From Macrostomum lignano (Eukaryota), in assembly GCA_002269645.1 (NCBI GenBank), contig NIVC01004528.1, positions 1 to 43,240 on the forward strand: 43,240 bases of DNA. The letters run 5' to 3'. The translations under genes and the position numbers were made by a program. Positions 12,798 through 24,879 of this stretch are shown here, piece by piece; the first letter of the stretch is position 1; each line of letters starts with the position of its first letter. The notes beneath the pieces are model-generated. The model was given only the letters and a program-made list of their open reading frames with translations, ran no database searches and was not told where the DNA came from.

Positions 12798-13586
12798 AGC
12801 TTTGCTGGGTGTCTCCGTGGCAATCAGCTTTGCTGGGTGTCTCCATGGCAATCAGCTTTGCTGGGTGTCTCCATGGCGATCAACTTTTTTGGGTGTCTCC
12901 ATGGCAATCAGCTTTGCTGGGTGTCTCCATGGCAATCAGCTTTGCTGGGTGTCTCCATGGCAATCAGCTTTGCTGGGTGTCTCCATGGCGATCAACTTTT
13001 TTGGGTGTCTCCATGGCAATCAGCTTTGCTGGGTGTCTCCATGGCGATCAACTTTTTTGGGTGTCTCCATGGCAATCAGCTTTGCTGGGTGTCTCCATGG
13101 CAATCAGCTTTGCTGGGTGTCTCCATGGCGATCAACTTTTTTGGGTGTCTCCATGGCAGTCAGCTTTGCTGGGTGTCTCCATGGCAATCAGCTTTGCTGG
13201 GTGTCTCCATGGCAATCAGCTTTGCTGGGTGTCTCCATGGCAATAAGCTTTGCTGGGTGTCTCCATGGCAATCAGCTTTGCTGGGTGTCTCCATGGCAAT
13301 CAGCTTTGCTGGGTGTCTCCATGGCAATAAGCTTTGCTGGGTGTCTCCATGGCAATCAGCTTTGCTGGGTGTCTCCATGGCAATAAGCTTTGCTGGGTGT
13401 CTCCATGGCAATCAACTTTTCCGGGTGTCTCCATGGCAATCAGCTTTTCTGGGTGTCTCCATGGCAATCAGCTTTTCTGGGTGTCTCCATGGCAATCAGC
13501 TTTGCTGGGTGTCTCCATGGCAATCAGCTTTGCTGGGTGTCTCCATGGCAATCAGCTTTGCTGGGTGTCTCCATGGCAATCAGCTT
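12798..13586. repeat. 28-bp minisatellite (CTCCATGGCAATCAGCTTTGCTGGGTGT)n, ~28 copies, intronic
   Basis: Period 28 (CTCCATGG at 12841 and 12869); lies wholly between the TEX52-like exons. Confidence 0.97.
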
Positions 13587-13726
13587 GCGCGCTGAAATAC
13601 TCAGAATACTCAGCTTATGCTACTTCCCAGTAGTATGTCCTGTATGTTCCGTACGTCAGCACGCTCTCAATTGATGTATCTAGCATTCATTCGAAGTTAT
13701 CCACAACCTAAAAACCAACCACGCAG

Positions 13727-14177
13727 ATACGTGGAGACGTCCAACCTGTTCAAGGACGAGACCAAGCGCCGCATTGTGATCCGGCAGCTGCGCGAAGAGG
13801 ACAGGCAGCACAAGCGGCTGGCCCAGCTGGCGGCCGCTCGCGACCCTCCGCTGGACGCGCGCGGGTCCATCCTGCCGCCAGAAGGCTACAAGCGCTACGC
13901 CCCGCTGATGCTGACGCCAGGCCTGGCCGGGGAGTCGGCAGACCAGGCGGCCGCCTCGGCAGCTGCCGGCCCGCTGGCCGGTTCGCTGGCCGACGACGTT
14001 CAGGTGGACATGTTCGGCAACATTGTACGCCGGCGCAGACGGCCCCGCCTGTGGAAGCTGAGCTACCGCAGTACCAACCCGAAGTATCAGGAGGCCATGC
14101 GCTATTCAACGCAGGTGAGGGAGGGCCCGCCACTGGAGCGGTTCCCGACGCTGCTGCCGCCACCTGCGGCGCGCTGA
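13727..14177 (+). CDS. TEX52: TEX52-like exon 2 (spliced product 291 aa)
   Basis: CACGCAG acceptor ending 13726, phase 2, gives AR|YVETS. ARDPPLDARGSILPPEGYKRY matches the recalled TEX52 motif [21 protein letters not shown]. TGA at 14175-14177. Confidence 0.78.
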
Positions 14178-14447
14178 TAACGCAGATTTTTTTCACAACT
14201 GTCAATATTGAAGAAACGATTGTAAAAAACAGATGATATAATTTTTTAAAAATAAAAATAATATTTAGTGAAAAATGAGTCGCTGTTGCTCCAACATTGA
14301 GAGTCCGCAACAACGCCTCAGTGTAGTTTATTTTCAAACGTTTTGAACTGCATAAATTGCCGGAAAAGTTAAGGCGGCTCGATACTACTGTCAGTAAGTA
14401 GTTAAATAGCGAATTGGGAATTTTTTATTAAGTTTATGGTACTTACG

Positions 14448-14718
14448 GGCCAGATTTGCAATCGACAGCTCAGCCGCAGCTTTTGCGAGGCACATATGAA
14501 GGCTGCGTACGGCTGTTCAGTCCAAGGACTGGGGGGTCGCACACGCACCCTCAATTACCCCAGCTAATGCTGGCACCTATTTTACAGCTGGGTGAACTGA
14601 AGCAATGCAGAGTTAAGTGTCTTGCTCAAGGACACAAATTGTTCCAGTGGGATCGCGAATCGAGCCCCCGACCTTCAAGTCGTGAGTCCGACGCTCTAGC
14701 CACTAGAATGCAACCCCC
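14448..14718 (-). mobile_element. tRNA-derived SINE, family A, copy 2
   Basis: Colinear with 2056-2323 along its length; the anticodon-like loop reads CTCACGA here versus CTCATGA in copy 1. Confidence 0.85.
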
Positions 14719-14984
14719 CTCAGATGTAGATGGTAAGATTGGTAAGATGGTACTAAGTAAGTAGCTAATACGAGAGTAGTAGCTAACTACGCTCCTACTT
14801 TTTGATGTACTCAGGTATGAAAAACTACAATAATACTTATGCAATACAGCCTACTCTGTGCTTCTGGTTACACTGGAGCCAAATTGTGGTCGAAAATAGA
14901 ACGCACAGTTTAATTAAGCAATTCCATTATAAGAGACGTTGTTGTATTCGCAGGAAGGCTGTGGACAACCTGGCGCATGTTCTC

Positions 14985-15096
14985 AGGCACTGCTGCCCAT
15001 TCCGCTGACTCCTGAGCACATACAAGAGCGCCAATACTGTACACAGGCACAGCACTCATACATACGCTCACACAGGGTGCACAGCAGCCCTGACTT
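14985..15096 (-). mobile_element. 3' part of a family-B SINE-like element abutting the 56-bp array
   Basis: 14987-15020 matches 24940-24973 at 27 of 34 nt. Confidence 0.55.
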
Positions 15097-15701
15097 TCTA
15101 ATTGTCAGGCCTGCACACATGTGACTTGGGGGTTGGCCCTCATGGGTGTGAATCTAATTGTCAGGCATGCACACATGTGACTTGGGGGTTGGCCCTCATG
15201 GGTGTGAATCTAATTGTCAGGCATGCACACATGTGACTTGGGGGTTGGCCCTCATGGGTGTGAATCTAATTGTCAGGCATGCACACATGTGACTTGGGGG
15301 TTGGCCCTCATGGGTGTGAATCTAATTGTCAGGCATGCACACATGTGACTTGGGGGTTGGCCCTCATGGGTGTGAATCTAATTGTCAGGCATGCACACAT
15401 GTGACTTGGGGGTTGGCCCTCATGGGTGTGAATCTAATTGTCAGGCATGCACACATGTGACTTGGGGGTTGGCCCTCATGGGTGTGAATCTAATTGTCAG
15501 GCATGCACACATGTGACTTGGGGGTTGGCCCTCATGGGTGTGATTCTAATTGTCAGGCATGCACACATGTGACTTGGGGGTTGGCCCTCATGGGTGTGAA
15601 TCTAATTGTCAGGCATGCACACATGTGACTTGGGGGTTGGCCCTCATGGGTGTGATTCTAATTATCAGGCATGCACACATGTGACTTGGGGGTTGGCCCT
15701 C
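15097..15701. repeat. 56-bp minisatellite, ~10.8 copies, unit derived from the family-B SINE body
   Basis: Period 56 (TCTAATTGTCAGG at 15097 and 15153); the unit aligns with ~24992-25048 (GTCAGGCATG...CTTGGGGGTTGGCCCTCATG.GTG.GAATC). Confidence 0.95.
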
Positions 15702-16481
15702 GTGGTCCTCATAGCCCCTGACACTACAGTACATGCACATGTACCAGGCAAAGAGAATATTCAATACAATTAGCTGGGGTTTCCAATTTCAACGAAAGGC
15801 GAAAAGTTGCCGAGCGTAAAGTGAATAAGTTCGGCTCAAAGAGAAATTCGCCAAGCAAAGACAGGCAGAATAAGAAGCACTTTATCAACAAGGCAAGAAA
15901 ACGCACCTGTCAATCAAGTGTTAGCTACTGGCATCGCTCCCAAAGCACTTCAAATCCTGGGGTAGCTACTTATTTCTTTTCTCTGGGAGCTGCTGGGAAG
16001 TTGCAGCTGGGCTCCACTATGCATGAATAGCGAACTGCACTCGCCTAATTGTCACCTGCTAGTAAAAATGCTTTGACTACCGCGGAAGCTGTGACAGCTC
16101 TGCATTGTAGGCTGGTGTCAGCCGGATCTCTGCCTGCCAAGCCTGCGCTGTGTCTCTCAGCCTCTCTCCGACCTTCATCATTATCTATGATATGCATCCC
16201 GCCAATCCGATGTGGCTGCAATAGTTGTTGGAGTTATAGGTGGGTTTCTGTGAATCCGATGCAGCTGAGATCTAAAACAGTTTTATCTGATTAATTGAAC
16301 TCACCGATAAGGCCCAGCTAGTGCCTCGCTAGTTCCTGTGTGTGTTATCACAAATATATAATTCATATCTTTATATTATAGCGCACAAACGGCTTTGCTC
16401 AGACTTCATTTATGGAAGGTTACTATCAATCCATTTATAGAAGCTGGGGTCCCATTGGTGCAGGATATTTGACATGAATTT

Positions 16482-18130
16482 CCTCATTAGCTAGGTAGAG
16501 AGGCGTATCTCATTAACTACAGGTAGAGATGAGCCTCATGAACTACAGGTAGAGAGATGAGCCCCATTAACTACAGGTAGAGAGGTGAGCCCCATTAACT
16601 ATATAGGTAGAGAGGTGAGCCTCATTAACTACAGGTAGAGATAAGCCTCATTAACTACAGGTAGAGATAAGCCTCATTAACTACAGGTAGAGATAAACCT
16701 CATTAACTACAGGCAGTGAGATGTGCCTCATTAACTACAGGCAGAGAGGTGAGCCTCATTAACTACAGGCAGTGAGATGTGCCTCATTTACTACAGGCAG
16801 AGAGGTGAGCCTCATTAACTACAGGCAGTGAGATGAGCCTCATTAACTACAGGCAGTGAGATGAGCCTCATTAACTATATAGGTAGAGAGGTGAGCCTCA
16901 TTAACTACAGGTAGAGATAGCCTCATTAACTACAGGTAGAGATAAGCCTCATTAACTACAGGTAGAGATAAGCCTCATTAACTACAGGTAGAGATAAACC
17001 TCATTAACTACAGGCAGTGAGATGTGCCTCATTAACTACAGGCAGAGAGGTGAGCCTCATTAACTACAGGCAGTGAGATGTGCCTCATTTACTACAGGCA
17101 GAGAGGTGAGCCTCATTAACTACAGGCAGTGAGATGAGCCTCATTAACTACAGGCAGTGAGATGAGCCTCATTAACTATATAGGTAGAGAGGTGAGCCTC
17201 ATTAACTACAGGTAGAGATAGCCTCATTAACTACAGGTAGAGATAAGCTTCATTAACTACAGGTAGAGATAAACCTCATTAACTACAGGCAGTGAGATGT
17301 GCCTCATTAACTACAGGCAGTGAGATGAGCCTCATTAACTATATAGGTAGAGAGGTGAGCCTCATTAACTACAGGTAGAGATAAGCCTCATTAACTACAG
17401 GTAGAGATAAGCCTCATTAACTACAGGTAGAGATAAACCTCATTAACTACAGGCAGTGAGATGTGCCTCATTAACTACAGGCAGAGAGGTGAGCCTCATT
17501 AACTACAGGCAGTGAGATGTGCCTCATTAACTACAGGCAGAGAGGTGAGCCTCATTAACTACAGGTAAAAAGACGATCGCCTCCTCAATCATCAGGTACA
17601 TGTAGAGAGGGTGGCCTCCTCAATCATCAGGTACATGTAGAGGGTGGCCTCCTCAATCATCAGGTACATGTAGAGGGTGACCTCTTCAATCATCAGGTAC
17701 ATGCAGAGAGAGTAGAGGTAGAGATAAGCCTCATTAACTACAGGTAGAGAGATGAGCCTCATTAACTACAGGTAGAGAGATGAGCCTCATTAACTACAGG
17801 TAGAGAGGTGAGCCTCATTAACTACAGATAGAGAGATGAGCCTCATGAACTACGGGTAGAGATAAGCCTCATTAACTACAGGTAGAGATAAACCTCATTA
17901 ACTACAGGTAAAAAGATGATCGCCTCCTCAATCATCAGGTACATGTAGAGGGTGGCCTCTTCAATCATCAGGTACATGTAGAGAGGGTGGCCTCTTCAAT
18001 CATCAGGTACATGCAGAGAGGGTCGCCTCCTGAATCATCAGGTACATGAAGAGGGTAGCCTCCTCAATGATGAGGTTCATGAAAAGGGTGGCCTTCTCAA
18101 TCATCAGGTACATGTAGAGAGGTGGCCCTC
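16482..18130. repeat. Compound minisatellite: ~26-29-bp unit (GCCTCATTAACTACAGGTAGAGATAA) alternating with ~33-bp unit (GCCTCCTCAATCATCAGGTACATGTAGAGGGTG)
   Basis: Approximate blocks: A 16482-17570, B 17575-17710, A 17715-17910, B 17915-18130. A 301-bp higher-order duplication is visible (16681 vs 16982). Confidence 0.95.
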
Positions 18131-18510
18131 TGAATCACTTATTCAATGCGGGTTGCAGGGATGCTGGACACAATGAGGCTAAGAGATGTAGATAAGATGT
18201 TTTAATTGCAGTTATATGAAGAGTCGGCAGAGCCCCAGAAAATCAATAAACCTTTTAATTAAAAGGATAAAACGTTTGCAGTTTAGCACAGCTACTCGTT
18301 CAGTCTTAAGTTCAGGACTAAATTTGAAGATGAAACTACCCTAGCAAGCTGGTTTGCACAGTTGACACGAAAGGCATGAGACATTTTGTGACGAAAAAAG
18401 CCGACAATTGAGAGCTACACGGGTACAGACAATGGGCCTAGTGCTCAGATCCCATAGTCAAACAAGGTATTCGTATTCACTTTTGCCAAAGCTTCTCAAG
18501 GGCCTATCTT

Positions 18511-18645
18511 GTTTAGCAGCTCTGGATTGTCTCATATTGGCATGCCATGAAGCATTCCAGAAATGGAGGACCCTCCATGTTTAGCAGCTCTGGATTGTCT
18601 CATATTGGCATGCCATGAAGCATTACAGAAATGGAGGACCCTTCA
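18511..18645. repeat. 68-bp tandem duplication (2 copies)
   Basis: GTTTAGCAGCTCTGGATTGTCTCATATTGGCATGCCATGAAGCATT at 18511 and 18579. Confidence 0.9.
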
Positions 18646-19067
18646 TACATGAATTTCAGCTGTCAGCCGCTTCGTCAAGTTGGCTGTGGCTGTATAGAAG
18701 AAGCTTAGAAGTAAACAGCTACTTGACAGCGGTATGTACTGGTATCATTGTAATAGATAAAAATTTCCAGGTTTCCCAGCTTCCCCGAATCGGTCGAAAA
18801 AGGTTTTTGTCAGATGTTGGATGGTTTGAAACTTTTTGAATGTGTCAAATTGGCATATTTGAGTCCCGAGAGTATACGTATGAATATACGAGATTTAATT
18901 AGGCTACGCTCGTAATCCATCAGACAAGACAAAGATAAACAAACCGCGTTTGAAAGGCTGTTTGACTGAATCACTAACTGAGTTAGCTGAATCACTAAAT
19001 CCAAATCTCTGAGGATGTGCGGCATAGCAGTAGCGTTCTCGTGCAAGCATCAGGTTCTGGTTGTCAG

Positions 19068-19440
19068 GCTCCTCGTATCAGTCTTTAGTAACAGGCTCTC
19101 GTGTCAGTCTTTAGTATCGGGCTCTCGTGTCAGTCTTTAGTATCGGGCTCTCGTGTCAGTCTTTAGTATCGGGCTCTCATGTCAGTCTTTAGTATCAGGC
19201 TCTCGTGTCAGTCGTTAGTATCAGGCTCTCGTGTCAGTCGTTAGTATCAGGCTCTCGTGTCAGTCGTTAGTATCAGGCTCTCGTGTCGGTCGTTAGTATC
19301 AGGCTCCTCGTGTCAGTCTTTAGTATCAGGCTCTCGTGTCAGTCTTTAGTATCAAGCTGTCGTGTCATGCTCTCGTGTCAGGCTCTTGTGTCAGACACTC
19401 GTATCAGGATCTAGTGTTATGCTCTCGTGTCAGGCACTTG
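19068..19440. repeat. 26-bp minisatellite (GGCTCTCGTGTCAGTCTTTAGTATCA)n, degenerating at the 3' end
   Basis: Period 26 (GTCTTTAG at 19081, 19107, 19133). Confidence 0.93.
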
Positions 19441-19907
19441 TCCCTGGCCAATGCAACAACTGGCGCAATGATCTAGAAGACTAAACAAAGATACCGTCGT
19501 TGGATGCTTTGTACAACACTTCCATTACTCTGATGCTGAGATGCGAACTCTCATTAACAGACTGACGCGAGAATACGAGAAAATATAGCTATTTTTTCTC
19601 GTCATAGAGACAGCTAGGTGATGTGCCAATGTTTTTCGACTTCGCTGAGTACGAATATTCGGGTTAATTAAGGTGCTGAGACGAAGCTGCGGGGGATTAG
19701 GGGCTGAAATGACAGTGTGTATAGACAGACGTCATCAAATGCAGATTTTGACATCGCAAAGGTTAAATTAATTTCGTGTACTCACAAGACACGGATGTTT
19801 CTGCTTTCAAGGTAACAGCATGTATATGTCTAATTTATATTCGTATCTATCTATACATGAGTATGCTCAGGTTCACCGAAATTCAGACATTTATCCCGAT
19901 AGACAAA

Positions 19908-20063
19908 GTGGGTCGTAGCCTAGTAGTCTAGCGCGGAGCTCTTATGTACCAACGGCCCAAACTCGATTCCAAGTGCAGTCACATTTATTTGGATCTGCTC
20001 GCGCAATTACGAGCTAATGCTCTTGAAGACCAGTGAAGTGTACGTGCCTATCGATAAATAAAG
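19908..20063 (+). mobile_element. tRNA-derived SINE, family B
   Basis: GTCGTAGCCTAGTAGTCTAGCGCGG...CTCGATTCCAAGTGCAGTCACA...CAGTGAAGTGTACGTGCCTA, colinear with 12605-12780. Confidence 0.7.
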
Positions 20064-21376
20064 TTAGGGCCGCTGTACACTCATGTGTGAGTGTGTGCCT
20101 GTGTCTATTCCAGTTGACGGAGTCCTGTAAGACACTAACAAAATTGTAAATTCTCTTTAAGCTGAACTCTAAAAATATCACACACGATGTACTGATGGCC
20201 ATTTAAAGCCATCGCTTTTTAATAAGAAATTCAGTAAACACATATTGCATGCAAAGCTTGTGAGCTAAAGTGCAGCTCCTCCTCTGAAGCATGCTTGAGC
20301 ATTGCTCAGATGGGTTGTATTGAAAGGATTTCAACGTGGGTGGGGATTATAAAGCGAAACAGTGAGAATCGAAAGCCCCTATTTAGAGCACAGCTTCAAG
20401 TAAATCTCCAGCGCGTCAGTCGACTTTCTATTTGACACCCGAAAGGTGATGCCGAGCTGCCAGCCTTGAATACTGCGACAGCGAGCTGAGCACCGGGTCA
20501 TTAATTTCTGCTTTTCAAACAAGGCATTTCTTGCATACCTGCCGCAGTCGAGCGGCTCATTATCCGCAGGAGGCTGGAACGCAGGAGATGGTGATCCAAT
20601 TAATGAGAGTGACAATTAAGCAGAATTTCAGTTTTGCTGCATGAATAAGTTAATGACCGAATAAGCATGCAACTAATGAATAAAATATGCAGTAATAGCA
20701 TAACTAACAGGACTGCGGACATGAACGTCAAGCATTTTCTAGCTGGGAAATCTTTTTTTGATTCTAAGAAGATTAAAAAGTCTCGATTCTATTAGGCATT
20801 GCATCTGTGCAACATTTTGCAGCAAAGTCCGACATCTAAGCCAAGGCCTAGGGCAATAGCGGCACAAGTGCGCCCTTGGGCTCTAAGGAGCGTGACTCTG
20901 TCACACTTCGATCGAGCTAATATGAGCTCAGCGCAGTAAAGTATGAGAGACTACGACGGCAAGGCAAAGCAAAGCAAACACCAGATAATGCTCGACCCTC
21001 AACTGGTATCTGAGGGCCTTCAGAACACTTCGTTGAGCAACAGGCCTGTCCCATTTAGACTTGCCAACCAATAGAATCTCAGCTGCGACTGCACCCAAGG
21101 CGCCATTGGTCCAGTCCGTGGGCCTCAGCTGTTTGGGAGTGTCGGGCACAACTGCAGCACCATGAGACCCTCCGCATCTCCCTCTCTCTCCTCTCCTCCT
21201 GTGTTGACAAATCGCAGAGGTAACGGCTGAGAGCGCGGCGAAGATATAGAGAGACACTTGCAAAGGCGAAAGGACGCAGAACTCTATCAACCAAGACTGG
21301 CACAGGATACACGCACTGTTTAAATACCGTTCGATACCAAATTGTCGCCATACAAAAGCAACCGTCGCCTCTAGCC

Positions 21377-22630
21377 ATGCAGCCGGACGCTAACACCAGC
21401 GAGTGCGTGGGACAACTGCTTGACAGGTACAATGGCAGCATGACGGATATGCACATGCAACTGATACCCTACGCTGTGTACACTAGCCGGGCTTTGATCC
21501 CTATATGGGTTATCATCGGGGTGCCGGGGGCGGTGCTCAGCTTCCTGGTTTGGAGCAGCCGGCGCATGCGTTCCTCATCCAGCGTGTACCTGTGCGCCCT
21601 GGCCATCCTGGACTGTGCCTTCCTGCTGCTGGTGCAATTCCCCTACTACCTGTATATGCACTTCGAAGTTAAAATCCTTCGACCGGGCACGTGTCACGCA
21701 TTCCCAGCTATCAACATGTGGTTGCAGTACCTGTCCCCGCTGCTCACTCTCGGCTTTACCATCGAGCGCTACATTAGCATTTGCCATCCGTTCAAACGGG
21801 ACCGGCTGTGCACTGTGCGGCGAGCTTTGATTGTCACCGGCTGCATGACCGCCAGCTGCCTAGCGATGGGTCTGGTGCAGGTAAACTTCTATCAATACAG
21901 CGAGGACGGCTGCTCGGAAGATCCACGCATATTCGACCCGACCTCGCTGCAGAGCCGGGTGTACAACGGCTGGACGAAGACCACCGAAGTGATCTTCTTC
22001 GCCGTGGTGCCTCTGTCCATCCTGCTGTTCAACACCCTCGTGCTGATCCAGGCTCGCCGGGTCATGGAGAAACAGGTTGGCGGCAGCCGTCAGAGCAAGG
22101 GCAAGTCGGCCGCCACCACTGTGACCCTGCTGACGGTGTCGTTCTACCAGATTGGCGCCGTGCTCCCCGTCACCATTCTGCTGTTTGTCGGCATCCACGT
22201 TTACAGCAGCAACCTGAGCGTGCCATGCGACCAGCCGGACTCCCAGCTGATCCAGCTGCCCAACATCCGGCTGTTTGTAACCTACCTGGCTGTCAACAAG
22301 ATCGTGGAGAGCCTGTCGGTTAGTCACTACGCCATGAAGTTCTTCATCTACCTGTTGACTGGCAGCATGTTCCGGACTCAGCTGCTGGTCCTGCTCAGCT
22401 CCTGCCTGCCCTGCCTGGCCGGCCTGAGAGGGGGCGCAGAGAGCAACACCGCGGAGCTCCAGCTGCCGGTACACCGCACCTCGGAGGAGCGGCGGCGATG
22501 GCGTCGGAGGCAGACTGGCGGTGACGCCATCAACGAAGACGGCGACGAGGAGGCATCCAGTCAGCTGGCGCTCATGGCCGGCCCGCCGCTGGGCACAGGC
22601 AATGGTGAAATCATATCTCAGCATGCATGA
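21377..22630 (+). CDS. Intronless class A (rhodopsin-like) GPCR, FMRFamide/myosuppressin/sex-peptide-receptor-like peptide receptor group, 417 aa
   Basis: Seven hydrophobic segments; LAILD (TM2), TIERYISICHPF (TM3), FFAVVPLSILLFNTLVL (TM5), HYAMKFFIYLLTGSMFR (TM7/H8); N-terminal NTS and NGS sequons. Confidence 0.92.
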   Translation: MQPDANTSECVGQLLDRYNGSMTDMHMQLIPYAVYTSRALIPIWVIIGVPGAVLSFLVWSSRRMRSSSSVYLCALAILDCAFLLLVQFPYYLYMHFEVKILRPGTCHAFPAINMWLQYLSPLLTLGFTIERYISICHPFKRDRLCTVRRALIVTGCMTASCLAMGLVQVNFYQYSEDGCSEDPRIFDPTSLQSRVYNGWTKTTEVIFFAVVPLSILLFNTLVLIQARRVMEKQVGGSRQSKGKSAATTVTLLTVSFYQIGAVLPVTILLFVGIHVYSSNLSVPCDQPDSQLIQLPNIRLFVTYLAVNKIVESLSVSHYAMKFFIYLLTGSMFRTQLLVLLSSCLPCLAGLRGGAESNTAELQLPVHRTSEERRRWRRRQTGGDAINEDGDEEASSQLALMAGPPLGTGNGEIISQHA

Positions 22631-23789
22631 GGCCGGTTATTAGCAAAGGTCACAAAGTGCAGGTGGCCAGTTTGCAGCCAGAAATTTTAATTCCTCTAAC
22701 AAAAACGAAACCACTTGCTTCGTAAATAATTGTTGTTTTGTTGTTGCTGTTGTTGTTGTAAAAAAGCTAGATGCATTTTTTCTTTAGAATTTCACACAAA
22801 AAGCGCACGATTTGAGGGTGAGGGCGAGAGGCTGTCGGCACGAACCATGTCCAGCTTCACTGTCTCCATTCTCTGACTCAACCGCAGCTGATATTGAGCT
22901 GGAAAATTGTACTGAATTCTGCTTGCCCCGAGCCCAAGACTGACGCACACTATAGATAATCATTGATTTCATGGTAGCTGCACCTAAAGTTGTAGATATG
23001 AGACCAAAATACACCTCTTTCTGTAGTTCAAAGTTAAACATATTTGTTATACTGGCTTTGTATCTTTGTTTGGTTACAGTGACTCTCAAACACTGACAAT
23101 TCTTTTGCTTACAATACTCCATGACTGCTTTGTCTTGGATTGCTTTATGAAACGAAGCAACCGGAGCCCCTGGGGGAGGGGCAGTCAGTAAATGCGGTTT
23201 ATTCATTACTATCATGCAGATAGTCTGTACTGTGAACCATTGAAGCATGGACTCATGAAATTCAAGGTAAGGGGATACAGGGGTGACAGTTTCTTTTTCC
23301 TTTGAATTTCGCACTAGACAGGTGGAGTGAACGGGGAAAAACGCCAGTCCGTTGAATTCTTCACTAGACAGGTGGAGTGAACGGGGAAAATGTTCAGTCC
23401 TCAAATGTTTTCTTCTCAATAAAAGCCCATACTGAAGGTGAGATTCTCCAGAGAAAAAGGGGATTAAAACTTCCGTAGCTGCCCATGGGCATCAGGTTTC
23501 TCGGAATTCCTCCAGCCACCCCAAGCAGTCAAACGATGAAGGAAAGAATTTGGCATTGCTACATGTTGGGCTCCGAAGTTAGCCGTCAATAATATGAATT
23601 GCTGGCTTAGAATAGTTAAACAAATGGGAATGAATCAATACTGTCAATAGCGATTGCGACTCAATGCTGCTTGCTAGCTCTGTGTAAAGTGACTTCGGTA
23701 AGGCTGCCACATCTCAGATTCCATCTGCTTGATTCCAATTTCACACTCTTAAGCATTTCTACGAGTGTTTGATTCCAATGTCTCTGCAG

Positions 23790-23955
23790 TCCTGAGTCGA
23801 TCTGTTCGATACAATGTCCAATGTCCCGATGTCCGATGCCTCAACGTTCAAATGTCCCAATATCCCAAAGTCGTATGTCCCAACGTCCAATATCCAAATA
23901 TCCGAATGTTCAATGTCCCTAGGTCCCAATTTCCAATATTCCAATGTCCAATAAC
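23790..23955. repeat. Degenerate short-period repeat (CAATGTCC/CAATATCC-like)
   Basis: Recurrent CAATGTCC variants. Confidence 0.75.
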
Positions 23956-24879
23956 CAGTGGGTTGACTGACGGCTGTTAATTCTCAGATTGCAGTAGTTT
24001 TTGTGCAGCAGATGTTTCCCAGAATCACCTCGGTGGGTGAAAATTGGTTCAGTATAAAAACCGTCTTCAGCATTGTAAATGATAAGAGCTCGCATTGAGC
24101 TCTAGATCGGTTACATTTGCCGGCACTGTAATGCGACAGAGGCAACTAGGCGGATTAATGCAGCTACTATCGAAGTGAGGCAGAACTGTCCCAATATGAT
24201 GATTAAATTACAAGCTGTTTCAGAACGGCTATGATACAAATCTAATTGAATTGTTAATATTGTTTTATAAATTACACTAATCGCTTTAATTAATAGACAG
24301 GAACGCAACAGACTAAACTCTTATAGGGTACGAATCTGTAAATGCATGCTTCTATCCACAATTATCAGTTCGGAATACTAGTATGCCTAATATTAACTGT
24401 ATCAAATTTCAACCAGCTTGAAAAGATAAAGTTGCTTGTAAAACAATTCTGCCGCAAATTCTCTTTGATGTCTGGATGATAAAAATGCAAGAATCCAAGT
24501 TATCTAACGTTTAGCTGCGGCGGCATAGCAGCCAGATGCCCAGACGTAGTGCTCCACCAAGGCGCTGACTCCTGATATTGATTCCAGCAGTTGCTCCCCT
24601 CAATGTACATTTACCCCAATGTACAACTTTGATCACGTGACTTATTTTCCTACCCTTATTATCGATCTAGCTTTCCTTTTCTTTGCATTAGCGGGAATTA
24701 AGTGTGAATTAATGACATCCGTGCTGGACAAAACAATACATGTACATAAATGATTATCCGGTGTACAATAATGCACTTGCTTAGTATGCACTATATGTAC
24801 ATGTATCCTATAGTTTGTAGAATGTATGTTTAAAGACAGTTGAATAATGGCAAAAAGCTACCGTTGCCGGTATGTCTGG

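Noticed and set aside
12692-13674. ORFs with CWVSPWQSALLG repeats
   Set aside because: They are translations of the intronic 28-bp satellite.
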